The notes under the pieces: generated by a model
What the model was told of the DNA's origin: nothing
The model's input: the letters and a program-made list of their open reading frames with translations, nothing else
Database searches by the model: none
Made by a program: the position numbers and the translations under genes
Part shown: one piece after another, positions 45,796-58,848 of the stretch
Layout of the letters: each line of letters opens with the position of its first letter
Position numbering within the stretch: position 1 is the first letter of the stretch
Source of the DNA: Eledone cirrhosa
Lineage: Eukaryota
NCBI GenBank assembly: GCA_964016885.1
Contig: OZ024743.1
Location: 353,648,001-353,712,000 of the forward strand
Direction: 5' to 3'
DNA: 64,000 nt

Positions 45796-48241
45796 TAGTG
45801 TGATTGTAGTGTGATTGTAGTGTGATTGTGATTGTTGTGTGATTGTAGTGTGATTATAGTGTGATTGTAGTGTGATTGTAGTGCGATTGTAGTGTGATTG
45901 TAGTGTGATTGTAGTGCGATTGTAGTGTGTTTGTGGAGTGATTGTAGTGTGATTGTAGTGTGATTGTAGTGCGATTGTAGTGTGATTGTAGTGTGATTGT
46001 ATTGCGATTGTAGTGTGATTGTAGTGTGATTGTAGTGTGATTGTAGTGTGATTGTAGTGTGATTGTGGAGTGATTGTAGTCTGATTGTAGTGTGATTGTA
46101 GAGTGATTGTAGTGTGATTGTAGAGTCATTGTAGAGTGATTGTAGTGTGATTGTAGTGTGATTGTAGTGTGATTGTGGAGTGATTGTAGTCTGATTGTAG
46201 TGTGATTGTAGTGTGATTGTAGTGTTATTGTAGTGTGATTGTAGAGTGATTGTAGTGTGATTGTAGTGTGATTGTAGAGAGATTGTAGTGTGATTGTAGT
46301 GTGATTGTAGTGTGATTGTAGTGTGATTGTAGAGAGATTGTAGTGTGATTGTAGTGTGATTGTAGTGTGATTGTAGTGTGATTGTAGTGTGATTGTAGTG
46401 CTATTGTAGTGTGATTGTAGTGTGATTGTAGTGCGATTGTAGTGTGATTGTAGTGTGATTGTAGTGTGATTGTAGTGTGATTGTAGTGTGATTGTAGTGC
46501 GATTGTAGTGTGATTGTAGTGTGATTGTAGTGCGATTGTAGTGCGATTGTAGTGTGATTGTAGTGCGATTGTAGTGCGATTGTAGTGTGATTGTAGAGTG
46601 ATTGTAGTGTGATTGTGGAGTGATTGTAGTTTGATTGTAGTGTGATTGTAGTGTGATTGTAGTGTGATTGTAGAGTGATTGTAGAGTGATTGTAGTGTGA
46701 TTGTAGTGTGATGGTAGTGTGATTGTAGTGTGATTGTAGTGTGATTGTATTGTGATTGTAGTGCGATTGTAGTGCGATTGTAGTGTGATTGTAGTGCGAT
46801 TGTAGTGTGATTGTAGAGTGATTGTAGTGTGATTATAGTGTGATTGTAGTGTGATTGTAGTGTGATTGTATTGTGATTGTAGTGCGATTGTAGTGTGATT
46901 GTAGTGTGATTGTAGTGTGATTGTAGTGTGATTGTAGTGTGATTGTAGTGCGATTGTAGTGTGATTGTAGTGTGATTGTAGTGCGATTGTAGTGCGATTG
47001 TAGTGTGATTGTAGTGCGATTGTAGTGCGATTGTAGTGTGATTGTAGAGTGATTGTAGTGTGATTGTGGAGTGATTGTAGTTTGATTGTAGTGTGATTGT
47101 AGTGTGATTGTAGTGTGATTGTAGAGTGATTGTAGAGTGATTGTAGTGTGATTGTAGTGTGATGGTAGTGTGATTGTAGTGTGATTGTAGTGTGATTGTA
47201 TTGTGATTGTAGTGCGATTGTAGTGCGATTGTAGTGTGATTGTAGTGCGATTGTAGTGTGATTGTAGAGTGATTGTAGTGTGATTATAGTGTGATTGTAG
47301 TGTGATTGTAGTGCGATTGTAGTTCGATTGTAGTGTGATTGTAGTGCGATTGTAGTGCGATTGTAGTGTGATTGTAGAGTGATTGTAGTGCGATTGTAGT
47401 GTGATTGTAGAGTCATTGTAGAGTGATTGTAGTGTGATTATAGTGTGATTGTAGTGCGATTGTAGTGCGATTGTAGTGTGATTGTAGAGTGATTGTAGTG
47501 TGATTGTAGTGCGATTGTAGTGTGATTGTAGACGGATTGTAGTGTGATTGTGGAGTGATTGTAGTCTGATTGTAGTGTGATTGTAGTGTGATTGTAGTGT
47601 GATTGTAGTGTGATTGTAGAGTGATTGTAGAGTGATTGTAGTGCGATTGTAGTGTGATGGTAGTGTGATTGTAGTGTGATTGTAGTGTGATTGTAGTGTG
47701 ATTGTAGTGCGATTGTAGTGTGATTGTATTGTGATTGTAGTGTGATTGTAGTGCGATTGTAGTGTGTTTGTAGTGCGACTGTAGTGTGATTTTAGAGTGA
47801 TTGTAGTGTGATTGTGGAGTGATTGTAGTCTGATTGTAGTGTGATTGTAGTGTGATTGTAGTGTGATTGTAGAGTGATTGTAGAGTGATTGTAGTGTGAT
47901 TGTAGTGTGATGGTAGTGTGATTGTAGTGTGATTGTAGTGTGATTGTAGTGTGATTGTAGTGCGATTGTAGTGCAATTGTAGTGTGATTGTAGTGCGATT
48001 GTAGTGTGATTGTAGAGTGATTGTAGTGTGATTATAGTGTGATTGTAGTGTGATTGTAGTGCGATTGTAGTTCGATTGTAGTGTGATTGTAGTGCGATTG
48101 TAGTGCGATTGTAGTGTGATTGTAGAGTGATTGTAGTGTGATTGTAGTGTGATTGTAGAGTGATTGTAGTGCGATTGTAGTGCGATTGTAGTGTGATTGT
48201 AGTGCGATTGTAGTGTGATTGTAGAGTGATTGTAGTGTGAT
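45796..48241 (+). repeat. 11-bp minisatellite (GTAGTGTGATT)n, about 220 units
   Basis: Continuous GTAGTGTGATT with variants GTAGTGCGATT, GTAGAGTGATT and GTGGAGTGATT; sharp right end at TGTAGTGTGATT|TACCC. Confidence 0.99.
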
Positions 48242-48324
48242 TTACCCTTTCTAGCAGTCACTCTCTCTGTTAGCCTCTTCCTCACCCTTCACTAACTCAT
48301 TCTCTGTCACTACCTCTCCTCCTC

Positions 48325-48590
48325 CTCTTTCTTCCCGTTTGACCTGTGAGTAATTCTTTTCTCTCACATTCTCGGCCAAGCTGGTCGGAATTTTTTCTCT
48401 CTCGTCTACGATTTCACAGAACTTATGTTTACCGAATTCGCAGACCAGACCCCTTCTTCCTCCCGTTAGACCTGTGCGAAATTCCTTCCTTGCTCACATT
48501 TCAACCCGGTTTGATGGTCTTTATTCTCTCGTTCACGATTTCACCGAACTTAAATTCATAGAAATCTGGGACTTGTCCCCTTCTTCCTCA
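48325..48590. repeat. Diverged ~128-bp direct tandem repeat (2 copies), purine-rich on minus strand
   Basis: CCCGTTTGACCTGTG..CTCACATT..CTCTCGTCTACGATTTCACAGAACTTA from 48334 aligns with CCCGTTAGACCTGTG..CTCACATT..CTCTCGTTCACGATTTCACCGAACTTA from 48462. Confidence 0.8.
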
Positions 48591-48802
48591 CTTTCTGTTG
48601 CTTCACCATTTTGTTTGTTTACCCTCGCGTCCCCTTTATTTACGTGTCCCAACGACTTTTTTTAGCCGTTGCTCGCACCAACCGGAGGTATATGGTCTTT
48701 AAAGCGATGAAATGCCTATGATAGTTGGAAGATCACTGATGAAGGACAAACTTTTTCATATGTAACCCATTTGCAACTCCGCAGCGCCCTTATTATCATA
48801 AA

Positions 48803-48819
48803 TATATATATATATGTAA

Positions 48820-48900
<81 letters not shown>

Positions 48901-49012
48901 TATATTTATATATATATACACATATATATATATGTAACTATATATATATATATATATATAGGAACGAGTAGGACCCGACGGCTGAGCTCAACCCGTTTCG
49001 ACGGCTAATTCT

Positions 49013-49093
<81 letters not shown>
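48803..49093. repeat. (AT)n microsatellite with a GC-rich island at 48961-49012
   Basis: Directly visible. Confidence 0.97.
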
Positions 49094-49096
<3 letters not shown>

Positions 49097-49854
49097 ACAC
49101 AATAACAGAGATAGTTTAAAGCTAAACTCTGACTGGTAACCATCTCACTCAACAAACATTAGGTTATATTAAAATATAAACCCAATTTAAGTGTTTGGGG
49201 TGCTAACAATATGTATAATGTGGAAAAACCAGTTGTATTATTTTATGAGATATAATTAAAGTTAAAGTATATCTCTCTTTCCAAACAATTGTTTCATTAT
49301 GAGTTTTCTACAAGTTTGGGAGAATGTTTCCAGTTTATGTAGAAGCCTAATATATATTCATGTAAGAATATATTTAGGTGGGCACTTATAAATCATCAGT
49401 GGAAGCCCATTAAACATTGATATAAGAAAACAATTTCTTACCGCTGTCAAAAATCATGTCCGTAAAGTAGCTCTCTCTCGCCTCGAATGACCGCCAAATT
49501 TGAAATTCCAGCAGTTTTTGACTGAGGAAGTATCATAGCGACACGAAGCGGGAAGGGGAGACAACTCACGAAATGAGGAAAAAAAATAATATACACGCGG
49601 GTTAATTAGTTTTTTTGAAACATTATCAATCCAACGTGTTTATATATATATATACCATGAGAGAAATGAAAAGTAAAAGGAACAGAAAGAGGGAGTAAAA
49701 GAGAAAATTAGCCACAAAAAAAAAATGAAAAATAAAAAATGAAATACATAACACAAGTAACTATAGAAAATAAAGAGACTGTAAAAGGCGAAGAATGAAA
49801 GAAGGAAATGACAGGGACATGAGGAAATGGGATAAACGATATGAATTTCTATTT

Positions 49855-50823
<969 letters not shown>

Positions 50824-50904
50824 GATAAATTAGAGATATATTGATTATCAATATGGACTTGGGAGCAGAATAGTTTCTTGTCAGTTGTTTTGTAGATTGA
50901 TAAA

Positions 50905-50948
50905 ATTGCTGCTGTGGCTGCTGCTGCTGTTGTTGTTGTTGTTGTTGA
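50905..50948 (+). repeat. (CTG)n(TTG)n trinucleotide tract
   Basis: Directly visible. Confidence 0.9.
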
Positions 50949-50994
50949 TGTGATGTACTAATGGTAGTGATGCTTTTAATGTATGTGTTAATGC

Positions 50995-53900
50995 TGTTGC
51001 ATATGGCGGTGGTGATGGTGAAAGCGGTGGTGGTGATGTATGTGGTGGTGATGGTGTATGTGGTGGTGGTGGTGTATGTGGTGGTGGTGGTGTATGTGGT
51101 GGTGGTGGTGTATGTGGTGGTGGTGGTGTATGTGGTGGTGGTGGTGTATGTGGTGGTGGTGGTGTATGTGGTGGTGGTGGTGTATGTGGTGGTGGTGGTG
51201 TTGTATGTGGTGGTGGTGGTGTATGTGGTGGTGGTGGTGTATGTGGTGGTGGTGGTGTATGTGGTGGTGGTGATGTGGTGGTGGTGGTGTATGTAGTGTT
51301 GGTGGTGGTGTTGTTGTATGTGGTGGTGGTGGTGTATGTGGTGGTGGTGGTGTATGTGGTGGTGGTGTATGTGGTGGTGGTAGTGTATGTGGTGGTGGTG
51401 GTGTATGTGGTGGTGGTGTATGTGGTGGTGGTGTATGTGGTGGTGGTGGTGGTGGTGTATGAGGTGGTGGTGCTGTATGAGGTGGTGGTGGTGGTGTAGA
51501 GGTGGTGGTGGTGTATGTGGTGGTGGTGGAGGTGTATGTGGTGGTGGTGTATGTGGTGGTGGTGGTGTATGTGGTGGTGTATGTGGTAGTGGTGGTGTAT
51601 GTGGTGCTGGTGGTGTATGTGGTGATGGTGAATGTGGTGGTGGTGGTGTATGTGGTGGTCGTGGTGGTGGTGGTGTTGTATGTGGTGGTAGTGTATGTGG
51701 TGGTGGTGTATGTGGTGGTGGTGTATGTGGTGGTGGTGAATGTGGTGGTGGTGGTGTATGTGGTGGTGGTGTATGTGGTGGTTGTGTATGTGGTGGTGGT
51801 GGTGGTGGTGGTGGTGTATGTGGTGGTGGTGTATGTGGCGGTGGTGTTGTATGTGGTGGTGGTGGTGTATGTTGTGGTGGTGGTGTATGTGGTGGTGGTG
51901 TTGTATGTGGTGGTGTTGTATGTGGTGGTGGTGGTGTATGTGGTGGTGCTGTATGTGGTGGTGGTGTATGTGGTGGTGGTGTATGTGGTGGTGGTGGTGT
52001 ATGCGGTGGTGGTGGTGTATGTGGTGGTGGTGTTGTATGTGGTGGTGGTGTATGTGGTGGTGCTGTATGTGGTGGTGGTGTATGTGGTGGTGGTGGTGTA
52101 TGTGGTGGTGCTGTATGTGGTGGTGGTGTATGTGGTGGTGGTGTATGTGGTGGTGGTGGTGTATGCGGTGGTGGTGGTGTATGTGGTGGTGGTGTTGTAT
52201 GTGGTGGTGGTGTATGTGGTGGTGTATGTTGTGGTGGTGGTGTATGTGGTGGTGGTGGTGTATGTGGTGGTGCTGTATGTGGTGGTGGTGTATGTGGTGG
52301 TGGTGTATGTGGTGGTGGTGGTGTATGCGGTGGTGGTGGTGTATGTGGTGGTGGTGTTGTATGTGGTGGTGGTGTATGTGGTGGTGCTGTATGTGGTGGT
52401 GGTGTATGTGGTGGTGGTGGTGTATGTGGTGGTGCTGTATGTGGTGGTGGTGTATGTGGTGGTGGTGTATGTGGTGGTGGTGGTGTATGCGGTGGTGGTG
52501 GTGTATGTGGTGGTGGTGTTGTATGTGGTGGTGGTGTATGTGGTGGTGCTGTATGTGGTGGTGGTGTATGTGGTGGTGGTGGTGTATGTGGTGGTGGTGG
52601 TGGTGTATGTGGTGGTGGTGTATGTGGTGGTAGTGGTGTATGAGGTGGTGGTGGTGTATGTGGTGGTGATGGTGGTGTATGTGGTGGTGGTGGTGTATGT
52701 GGTGGTGTAATGTAGTGGTGGTGGTGTAATGTGGTGGTGATGATGTATGTGGTGGTGGTGGTGGTGTAAGTGGTGGTGGTGTATGTGGTGGTGGTGGTGG
52801 TGTAAGTGATGTAGGTGGTGTAATGTGGTGGTGGTGGCGTAATGTGGTGGTGGTGATGTATGTGGTGGTGGTGTATGTGGTGGTTGTGTATGTGGTGGTG
52901 GTGGTGGTGGTGGTGGTGTATGTGGTGGTGGTGTATGTGGTGGTGGTGGTGTATGTTGTGGTGGTGGTGTATGTGGTGGTGGTGTTGTATGTGGTGGTGT
53001 TGTATGTGGTGGTGGTGGTGTATCTGGTGGTGCTGTATGTGGTGGTGGTGTATGTGGTGGTGGTGTATGTGGTGGTGGTGTATGTGGTGGTAGTGGTGTA
53101 TGAGGTGGTGGTGGTGTATGTGGTGGTGATGGTGGTGTATGTGGTGGTGGTGGTGTATGTGGTGGTGTAATGTAGTGGTGGTGGTGTAATGTGGTGGTGA
53201 TGATGTATGTGGTGGTGGTGGTGGTGTAAGTGGTGGTGGTGTATGTGGTGGTGGTGGTGTAAGTGATGTAGGTGGTGTAATGTGGTGGTGGTGGCGTAAT
53301 GTGGTGGTGGTGATGTATGTGGTGGTGGTGTATGTGGTGGTTGTGTATGTGGTGGTGGTGGTGGTGGTGGTGGTGTATGTGGTGGTGGTGTATGTGGCGG
53401 TGGTGTTGTATGTGGTGGTGGTGGTGTATGTTGTGGTGTAATGTAGTGGTAGTGGTGTAATGTGGTGGTGATGATGTATGTGGTGGTGTAAGTGGTGGTA
53501 GTGTATGTGGTGGTGTAAGTGATGTAGGTGCTGTAATGTGTTGGTGGTGGCGTAATGTGCTGGTGGTGGTGTATGTGGCGGTGGTGTATGTGGCGGTGGT
53601 GTATGTGGTGGTGATGGGGTAATGTGGTGGTGGTGGTGCATGTGGTGGTGGTGTATGTGGTGGTGGTGTATGTGGTGGTGGCGGTGTATGTGGCGGTGGT
53701 GTTGTATGTGGTGGTGTTGGTGTATGTGGTGATGGTGTATGTGGTGGTGGTGTATGTGGTGGTGGCGGTGTATGTGGCGGTGGTGTTATATGTGGTGGTG
53801 GTGGTGGTGGTGGTGGTGGTGGTTGTGTATGTGGTGGTGGTGTTGTATGTGGTGGTGGTGGTGGTGGTGGTGGTGGTGGTGGTGGTGTATGTGGTGGTGG

Positions 53901-55900
53901 TATATGTGGTGGTGATGTATGTGGTGGTGGGGGTGGTGTATGTGGTGGTGGTGGTGTATGTGGTGGTGGTGTATGTGGTGCTGGTGGTGTATGTGGTGGT
54001 GGTGGTGTATGTGGTGGTGGTGTAATGTGGTGGTGATGATGTATGTGGTGGTGGTGGTGGTGTAAGTGGTGGTGGTGGTGTAATTTGGTGGTCGTGGCGT
54101 AATGTGGTGGTGGTGGTGTATGTGGCGGTGGTGTATGTGGTGGTGGAGTAATGTGGTGGTGGAGTAATGTGGTGGTGGTGGTGTATGTGGTGGTGTATGT
54201 GTTGGTGGTGGTAAAATGTTGTGGTGGTAGTGTAATGTGGTGGTGGTGTTGTAATGTTGTGGTGGTGGTGGTGGTGTAATGTGGTCGTGGTGGTGTAATG
54301 TTGTGGTGGTGGTGTATGTGGTGGTGGTGGTGGTGTATGTGTTGGTGTATGTGTTGGTGGTGGTTGTGTAATGTGGTGGTGGTGGTGTAATGTTGTGGTG
54401 GTGTTGTAATGTGCTGGTGGTGGTGTAATGTGGTGGTGGTGTATGTGGTGGTGATGTATGTGGTGGTGATGTATGTGGTGGTGGCTGGTGGTGGTGTATG
54501 TGTTGTTGGTGGTGTAATGTTGTGGTGGTGTTGTAATGTGGTGGTGGTGGTGTTCTATGTGGTGGTGGTGGTGGTGGTGTATGTGGTGGTGGTGTATGTG
54601 GTGGTGATGTATGTGGTGGTGGCTGGTGGTGGTGTATGTGTTGTTGGTGGTGTAATGTTGTGGTGGTGTTGTAATGTGGTGGTGGTGGTGTTCTATGTGG
54701 TGGTGGTGGTGGTGGTGTATGTGGTGGTGGTGGTGTTGTATGTGGTGGTTGTGGTGGGGTATGTGGTGGTGGCGGTTTATGTTGTGGTGGTGGTGTAATG
54801 TTGTGGTGGTGGTGTATGTGGTGGTGGTGGTGTATGTGGTGGTGGCTGTGTGTGTAGTAGTGGTGTATGTGGTGGTGTATGTGGTGGTGTATGTGGTGGT
54901 GGTGTATGTGGTGGTGGTGGTATATGTGTTGGTGGTGGTGGTGTATGTGGTGGTGGTATATGTGGTGGTGGTGGTCCATGTGGTGGTTGTGGTGTATATG
55001 GTGGTGGTGCTATATGTGGTTGTGGTGTAAGTGGTGATGGTGGTGGTGTATGTGGCGGTGGTGTATGTGGCGGTGGTGTATGTGGTGGTGATGGAGTAAT
55101 GTGGTGGTGGTGGTGTATGTGGTGGTGGCGGTGTATGTGGCGGTGGTGTTGTATGTGGTAGTGGTGTATGTGGTGGTGTTGGTGTATGTGGTGGTGGCGG
55201 TGTATGTGGCGGTGGTGTTGTATGTGGTAGTGGTGTATGTGGTGGTGTTGGTGTATGTGGTGGTGGTGGTGTATGTGGCGGTGGTGTATGTGGTGGTGGT
55301 GTTGTATGTGGTGGTGGTGGTGCATATGGTGTTGGTTCTATATGTGGTGGTGGTGGTGCTGTACGTGGTGGTGGTGGTGGTGTATGTGGTGGTATATGTG
55401 GTGGTTGTGCTGTATGTGGTGGTGGTGGTGGTGCTGTATATGGTGGCGGTGTTGTATGTGGTGGTGGTGGTGTATGTGGTGGTGGTGTATGTGGTGGTGG
55501 TGTATGTGGTGGTGGTGCTGTATGTGGTGGTGGTGCTGTATATGGTGGTGGTGCTGTATGTGGTGGTGGTGGTGTATGTGGTGGTGGTGGTATATATGGT
55601 GGTGGTGTTGTACGTGGTGGTGGTGCTGTATTTGGTGGTGGTGTTGTATGTGGTGGTGTAAATGGTAGTGATGGTGTATGTGGTGGTGGTGGTGTATGTG
55701 GTTGTGGTAGTGGTGTATGTGGTGGTGGTGGTGTATGTGGTGGTGGTGATGTAAATGGTGGTGGTGGTGTATGTGTAGGTGTTTGTGGTGGTGTTGGTGG
55801 TGTATGTGATGGTGGTGGTGGTAGTGTATACGGTGGTGGTGTTGTATGTGGTGTTGGTGGTGGTGTATGTGTGGTGGTGGTGGTTGGTTCTGTATATGGT
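50995..55900 (+). repeat. GT-rich variable minisatellite TATGT(GGT)2-8G, typical units 15-18 bp
   Basis: GTATGTGGTGGTGGT(GGT) repeated for about 4.9 kb, with TAATG, TAAG and TTGTATG variants and degenerate edges. Confidence 0.97.
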
Positions 55901-56123
55901 GATGGTTATATATTTTGTAACAGTGTTATACACTGTTATATGTGATATTGGTGGTGTACGTGGGGGTAGAGGTGTGTATGTGATGTTGGTTGTGGCGTAT
56001 GTAGTAGGGGTGTTGTGGCAGTGTATCTGATATATGTAATAGCGTTTGTTGCTATAAAAACAGGCACGCGCATTGTTTCTTGCTGCGAAACACGTGGCAT
56101 GAAATGTTTTATTGCCAACTAAA

Positions 56124-56134
56124 ATAATGAAAAT

Positions 56135-56166
<32 letters not shown>

Positions 56167-56226
56167 TAACAATAACAACAACAACAACAGCAACAACAAC
56201 AACATCAACGACAACAATAATGATAA
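56124..56226 (+). repeat. (AAC/CAG/AAT)n compound microsatellite
   Basis: Directly visible. Confidence 0.9.
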
Positions 56227-56229
56227 CAG

Positions 56230-56556
56230 ATTTTAATGGTGGCACAAGGAGAGCAATTTGAGCAGAGGGTAACTTGATTAAATCGGCTACAGTACCTAAG
56301 TGGTATTATATTTTATCCATCTGGATAGGCGGTGGATTGGCAGTATCGGTAGAGGGTCGAACGCCATGCTTTGACGCATAGAGTTACGGCCCTTGCCATT
56401 CTGAGTTCAAATCCCGCCGAGGTTAACTTTGCCTTTCATCCTTATGGGGTCGATAAAATAAAGTACCAGTAATGCACTGAGGAATTGCTGGCCTTGTGCC
56501 AAAAGTAGAAACAATTATATTTTATCCATCTGGAAGGATGAAAAGCAAAATTGACC
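56230..56556 (-). mobile_element. Old long-form SINE fragment, interrupted by a younger SINE
   Basis: GGCACAAGGAGAGCAATTTGAGCAGAGGG..GATTAAATCGGCTACAGTAC..TGGTATTATATTTTATCCATCTGGA | AGGATGAAAAGCAAAATTGACC is colinear with the copy at 59160-59372. Confidence 0.75.
56328..56513 (+). mobile_element. Full-length young tRNA-derived SINE with 21-bp target-site duplication
   Basis: Has A-box TGGCAGTATCGG and B-box GAGTTCAAATCC. ATTATATTTTATCCATCTGGA is identical at 56305-56325 and 56514-56534. Confidence 0.96.
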
Positions 56557-56577
56557 GATATTCTATCGATTCTCCCA

Positions 56578-56692
56578 CTAATAATGATTATGATAATGAC
56601 GATGATGATAACAACAACAACAAGAATAAGAACAACAGCAGCAGCAGCAACAACAACAAAAACACCAACAACAACAACAACAAGAATAATAT
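56578..56692 (+). repeat. (AAT/GAT/AAC/CAG)n compound microsatellite
   Basis: Directly visible. Confidence 0.88.
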
Positions 56693-56739
56693 AAATAGTG
56701 CTAGTAATATTAATGATTAATTTTTTAATAACAATGTAC

Positions 56740-58102
56740 ATGAAATTAATTTAGCGAAAGAGAATATATTAAGAAATCAGTAAAAATGAACATGTAGAAT
56801 ACAATGATAGAGACCAACTATCAAAAGAATCAAATAGCAAGATCAACCAATCAATTATTAAGATATATGACAAAGCCCTACAAATATTATTGAGTGAAGT
56901 TGAAGTCACAGATATAACTCTTTGGAAAAAAAAGAAGCTATATGCACAGCACACGTCACTATATTAGCAACTAGTACTAAAGTAAAAATGCATAATACAC
57001 AAAATTTAGCATTCAAAGTGGAAGAAAAATACAAAAGGAGATTGAAAATCTCTGAGGGGAATTGTCAAGAGTTTATGAATGGTTAATAGGAGTAATAACA
57101 ACAAAGAAATGTCAAAGAGTTAAGCGGAAATATAAGATAGCATCATACGATGACCTACTAGAAATTAAGTAAACGATTAAACAGAAAATACAAGTTAAAG
57201 CACAGCATGTAAGAAGGTTCGGCAAAAGACAAACATGTTTTCGCCAGAGTCAACTGTTCCAAATTGACCCAACAAAAGATGGCATAGAAAGTTTTAGAAG
57301 GAAATATGGGGTAATGAAAAAAAGGCGAATGCGAATGCTGAGAGAAAAAGAAAAAAAACATGCAAGGGTGGAGTGACATAACGTTAGAAGAACTTCAAGA
57401 AGCATTATGAAAGATACACAAATAGAAATATCCACGAGTAGACAAAATCTCAATTTTATGGTTAAGCAATCTGACATCTGTCTATGTATATGCGGCAAAC
57501 TCTCTCTCGAATCCCATGAATAATCTCCAGAATTTATCAGCCTGGTTAAATAGTAGAATAACATACCACTTGCCCAAATATAATGAAACTAGACGCCCCC
57601 CAAATTCCAGACCCATGACATGTCTTTCAACAACATATAAACTTTCACTTCAATTCTCATAGAAAGAATGTACATGCATCTAATAAACAGTAGCATATTC
57701 CCTAATGAGTAGAAAGGCTGTAGGCGAAACTCGTATGGCTGTAAAGATCAAAATCTCATAAATAAAATGACTTTTGAGAATAGTTATTCTAGATAACAGA
57801 ATTTAGGCATCCTTTGGATAAACTGCTAGAAAGCATTTGATGGTAGTCCACAAAAATATTGAAGGCATTAGAAGGTCATGATTGAACTTCTGAAACATAG
57901 CGTAAACCTGTAAGCACCAATATTATCATTAACCATAGCAATGGGTCTCTTACCTATAATGATCTAGCTATTAACTGTGGAATATTCCAAGGAGACCCAC
58001 CTTTTCTGCTTTTTGTTTGGCTTTTATCCTCATATCAAGAAAATGAAATAATAAACCAGTTGTGGATATCAAATTAATGGTAAGACAATGCACCTTCAGT
58101 TC
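56740..58102 (+). pseudogene. Decayed non-LTR retrotransposon reverse transcriptase, R4/Dong-like (RLE-type clade)
   Basis: Manual translation across frameshifts gives WLNSRITYHLPK (57543), RPMTCLSTTYK, KGCRRNSYGCKDQNLINK, NLGILWIN..RKAFD, INCGIFQGD (about 57970) and GYQINGKTMHL. It breaks off just before the YxDD motif. The left boundary is approximate. Confidence 0.85.
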
Positions 58103-58848
58103 CTATTTTAATGCTTCTGTGAACCACGGCAAATACTTCGTGCTTGAGTTGATGATAGTGAGGTAGTTGGAAGCGTCTTCTGTGTGAAACAGCTTTGGAT
58201 ACTTCTGTCATTCCGGTTGGTGCAGCGGTAAATTATTATTTGATGTTTGTTTTCTTTTGTTTTTGTTTTGTTACCACGTCTTCTGGGATATCTATTATTC
58301 CCCTTCACTGATGTCCAACCTCACCTCCCTCAAAAATATTTTCTATGTCTTTGAGGGAGATTGGTTTACCACTATTAGTCGAGCTATGGTAGCAGTATAT
58401 CTCATAGAGCGTTGGCGAGGACAATGGTGAAATTGATGTTAATGGTGGCGTTGTAGCTGTTTTTGTTGTTTGACATCCCTCTTGTTACCGTTACTACCGC
58501 CGACAGTTTTCCTGTTGCATGATCTCTCCATCTAGTTCATGGGGAGGATGGTGGGGATAAGTATGGTGTTGACGTTTCCGGTGGTGATTGTGATTGTGGC
58601 AGTGGTGTAGTCAGTATAACTGCTGTAGCTGGTAGTCTTTCAACTGTCTACTATTTTGCTGGGTTTGGTAGTAATAAAGTTATTACGTCACTTCTTTTAT
58701 TTGCTTCCACGTTCGGCGCCATATTGCTGATTATTTTAAAATTTCAAAACAAAATATTTCGAAACAAATATTTTACAAACAAATTTTAACTCCTTAAATA
58801 GAAGGATAATGGAAACGCACAAGCTTTCCCGACTGCTGGTCGACTAAC
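58103..58848 (-). mobile_element. Probable 5' end of a retroelement (leader plus decayed Pro/Thr-rich ORF starting ATGGCGCCG)
   Basis: Minus strand: GC-rich start GTTAGTCGACCAGCAGTCGGG, T-rich leader, then ATG at 58722 giving MAPNVEANKRSD.. and a P/T/S-rich stretch broken by stops. It truncates the adjacent RT. No diagnostic domain seen. Confidence 0.4.

Noticed and set aside
45854-48285. 520-aa and 290-aa His/Thr-rich ORFs
   Set aside because: Arise automatically from a stop-free 11-mer; non-ATG starts; ORF limits coincide with the repeat.
56328-56420. tRNA genes at SINE heads
   Set aside because: A/B boxes are present, but they continue into SINE bodies and I cannot fold a canonical cloverleaf.
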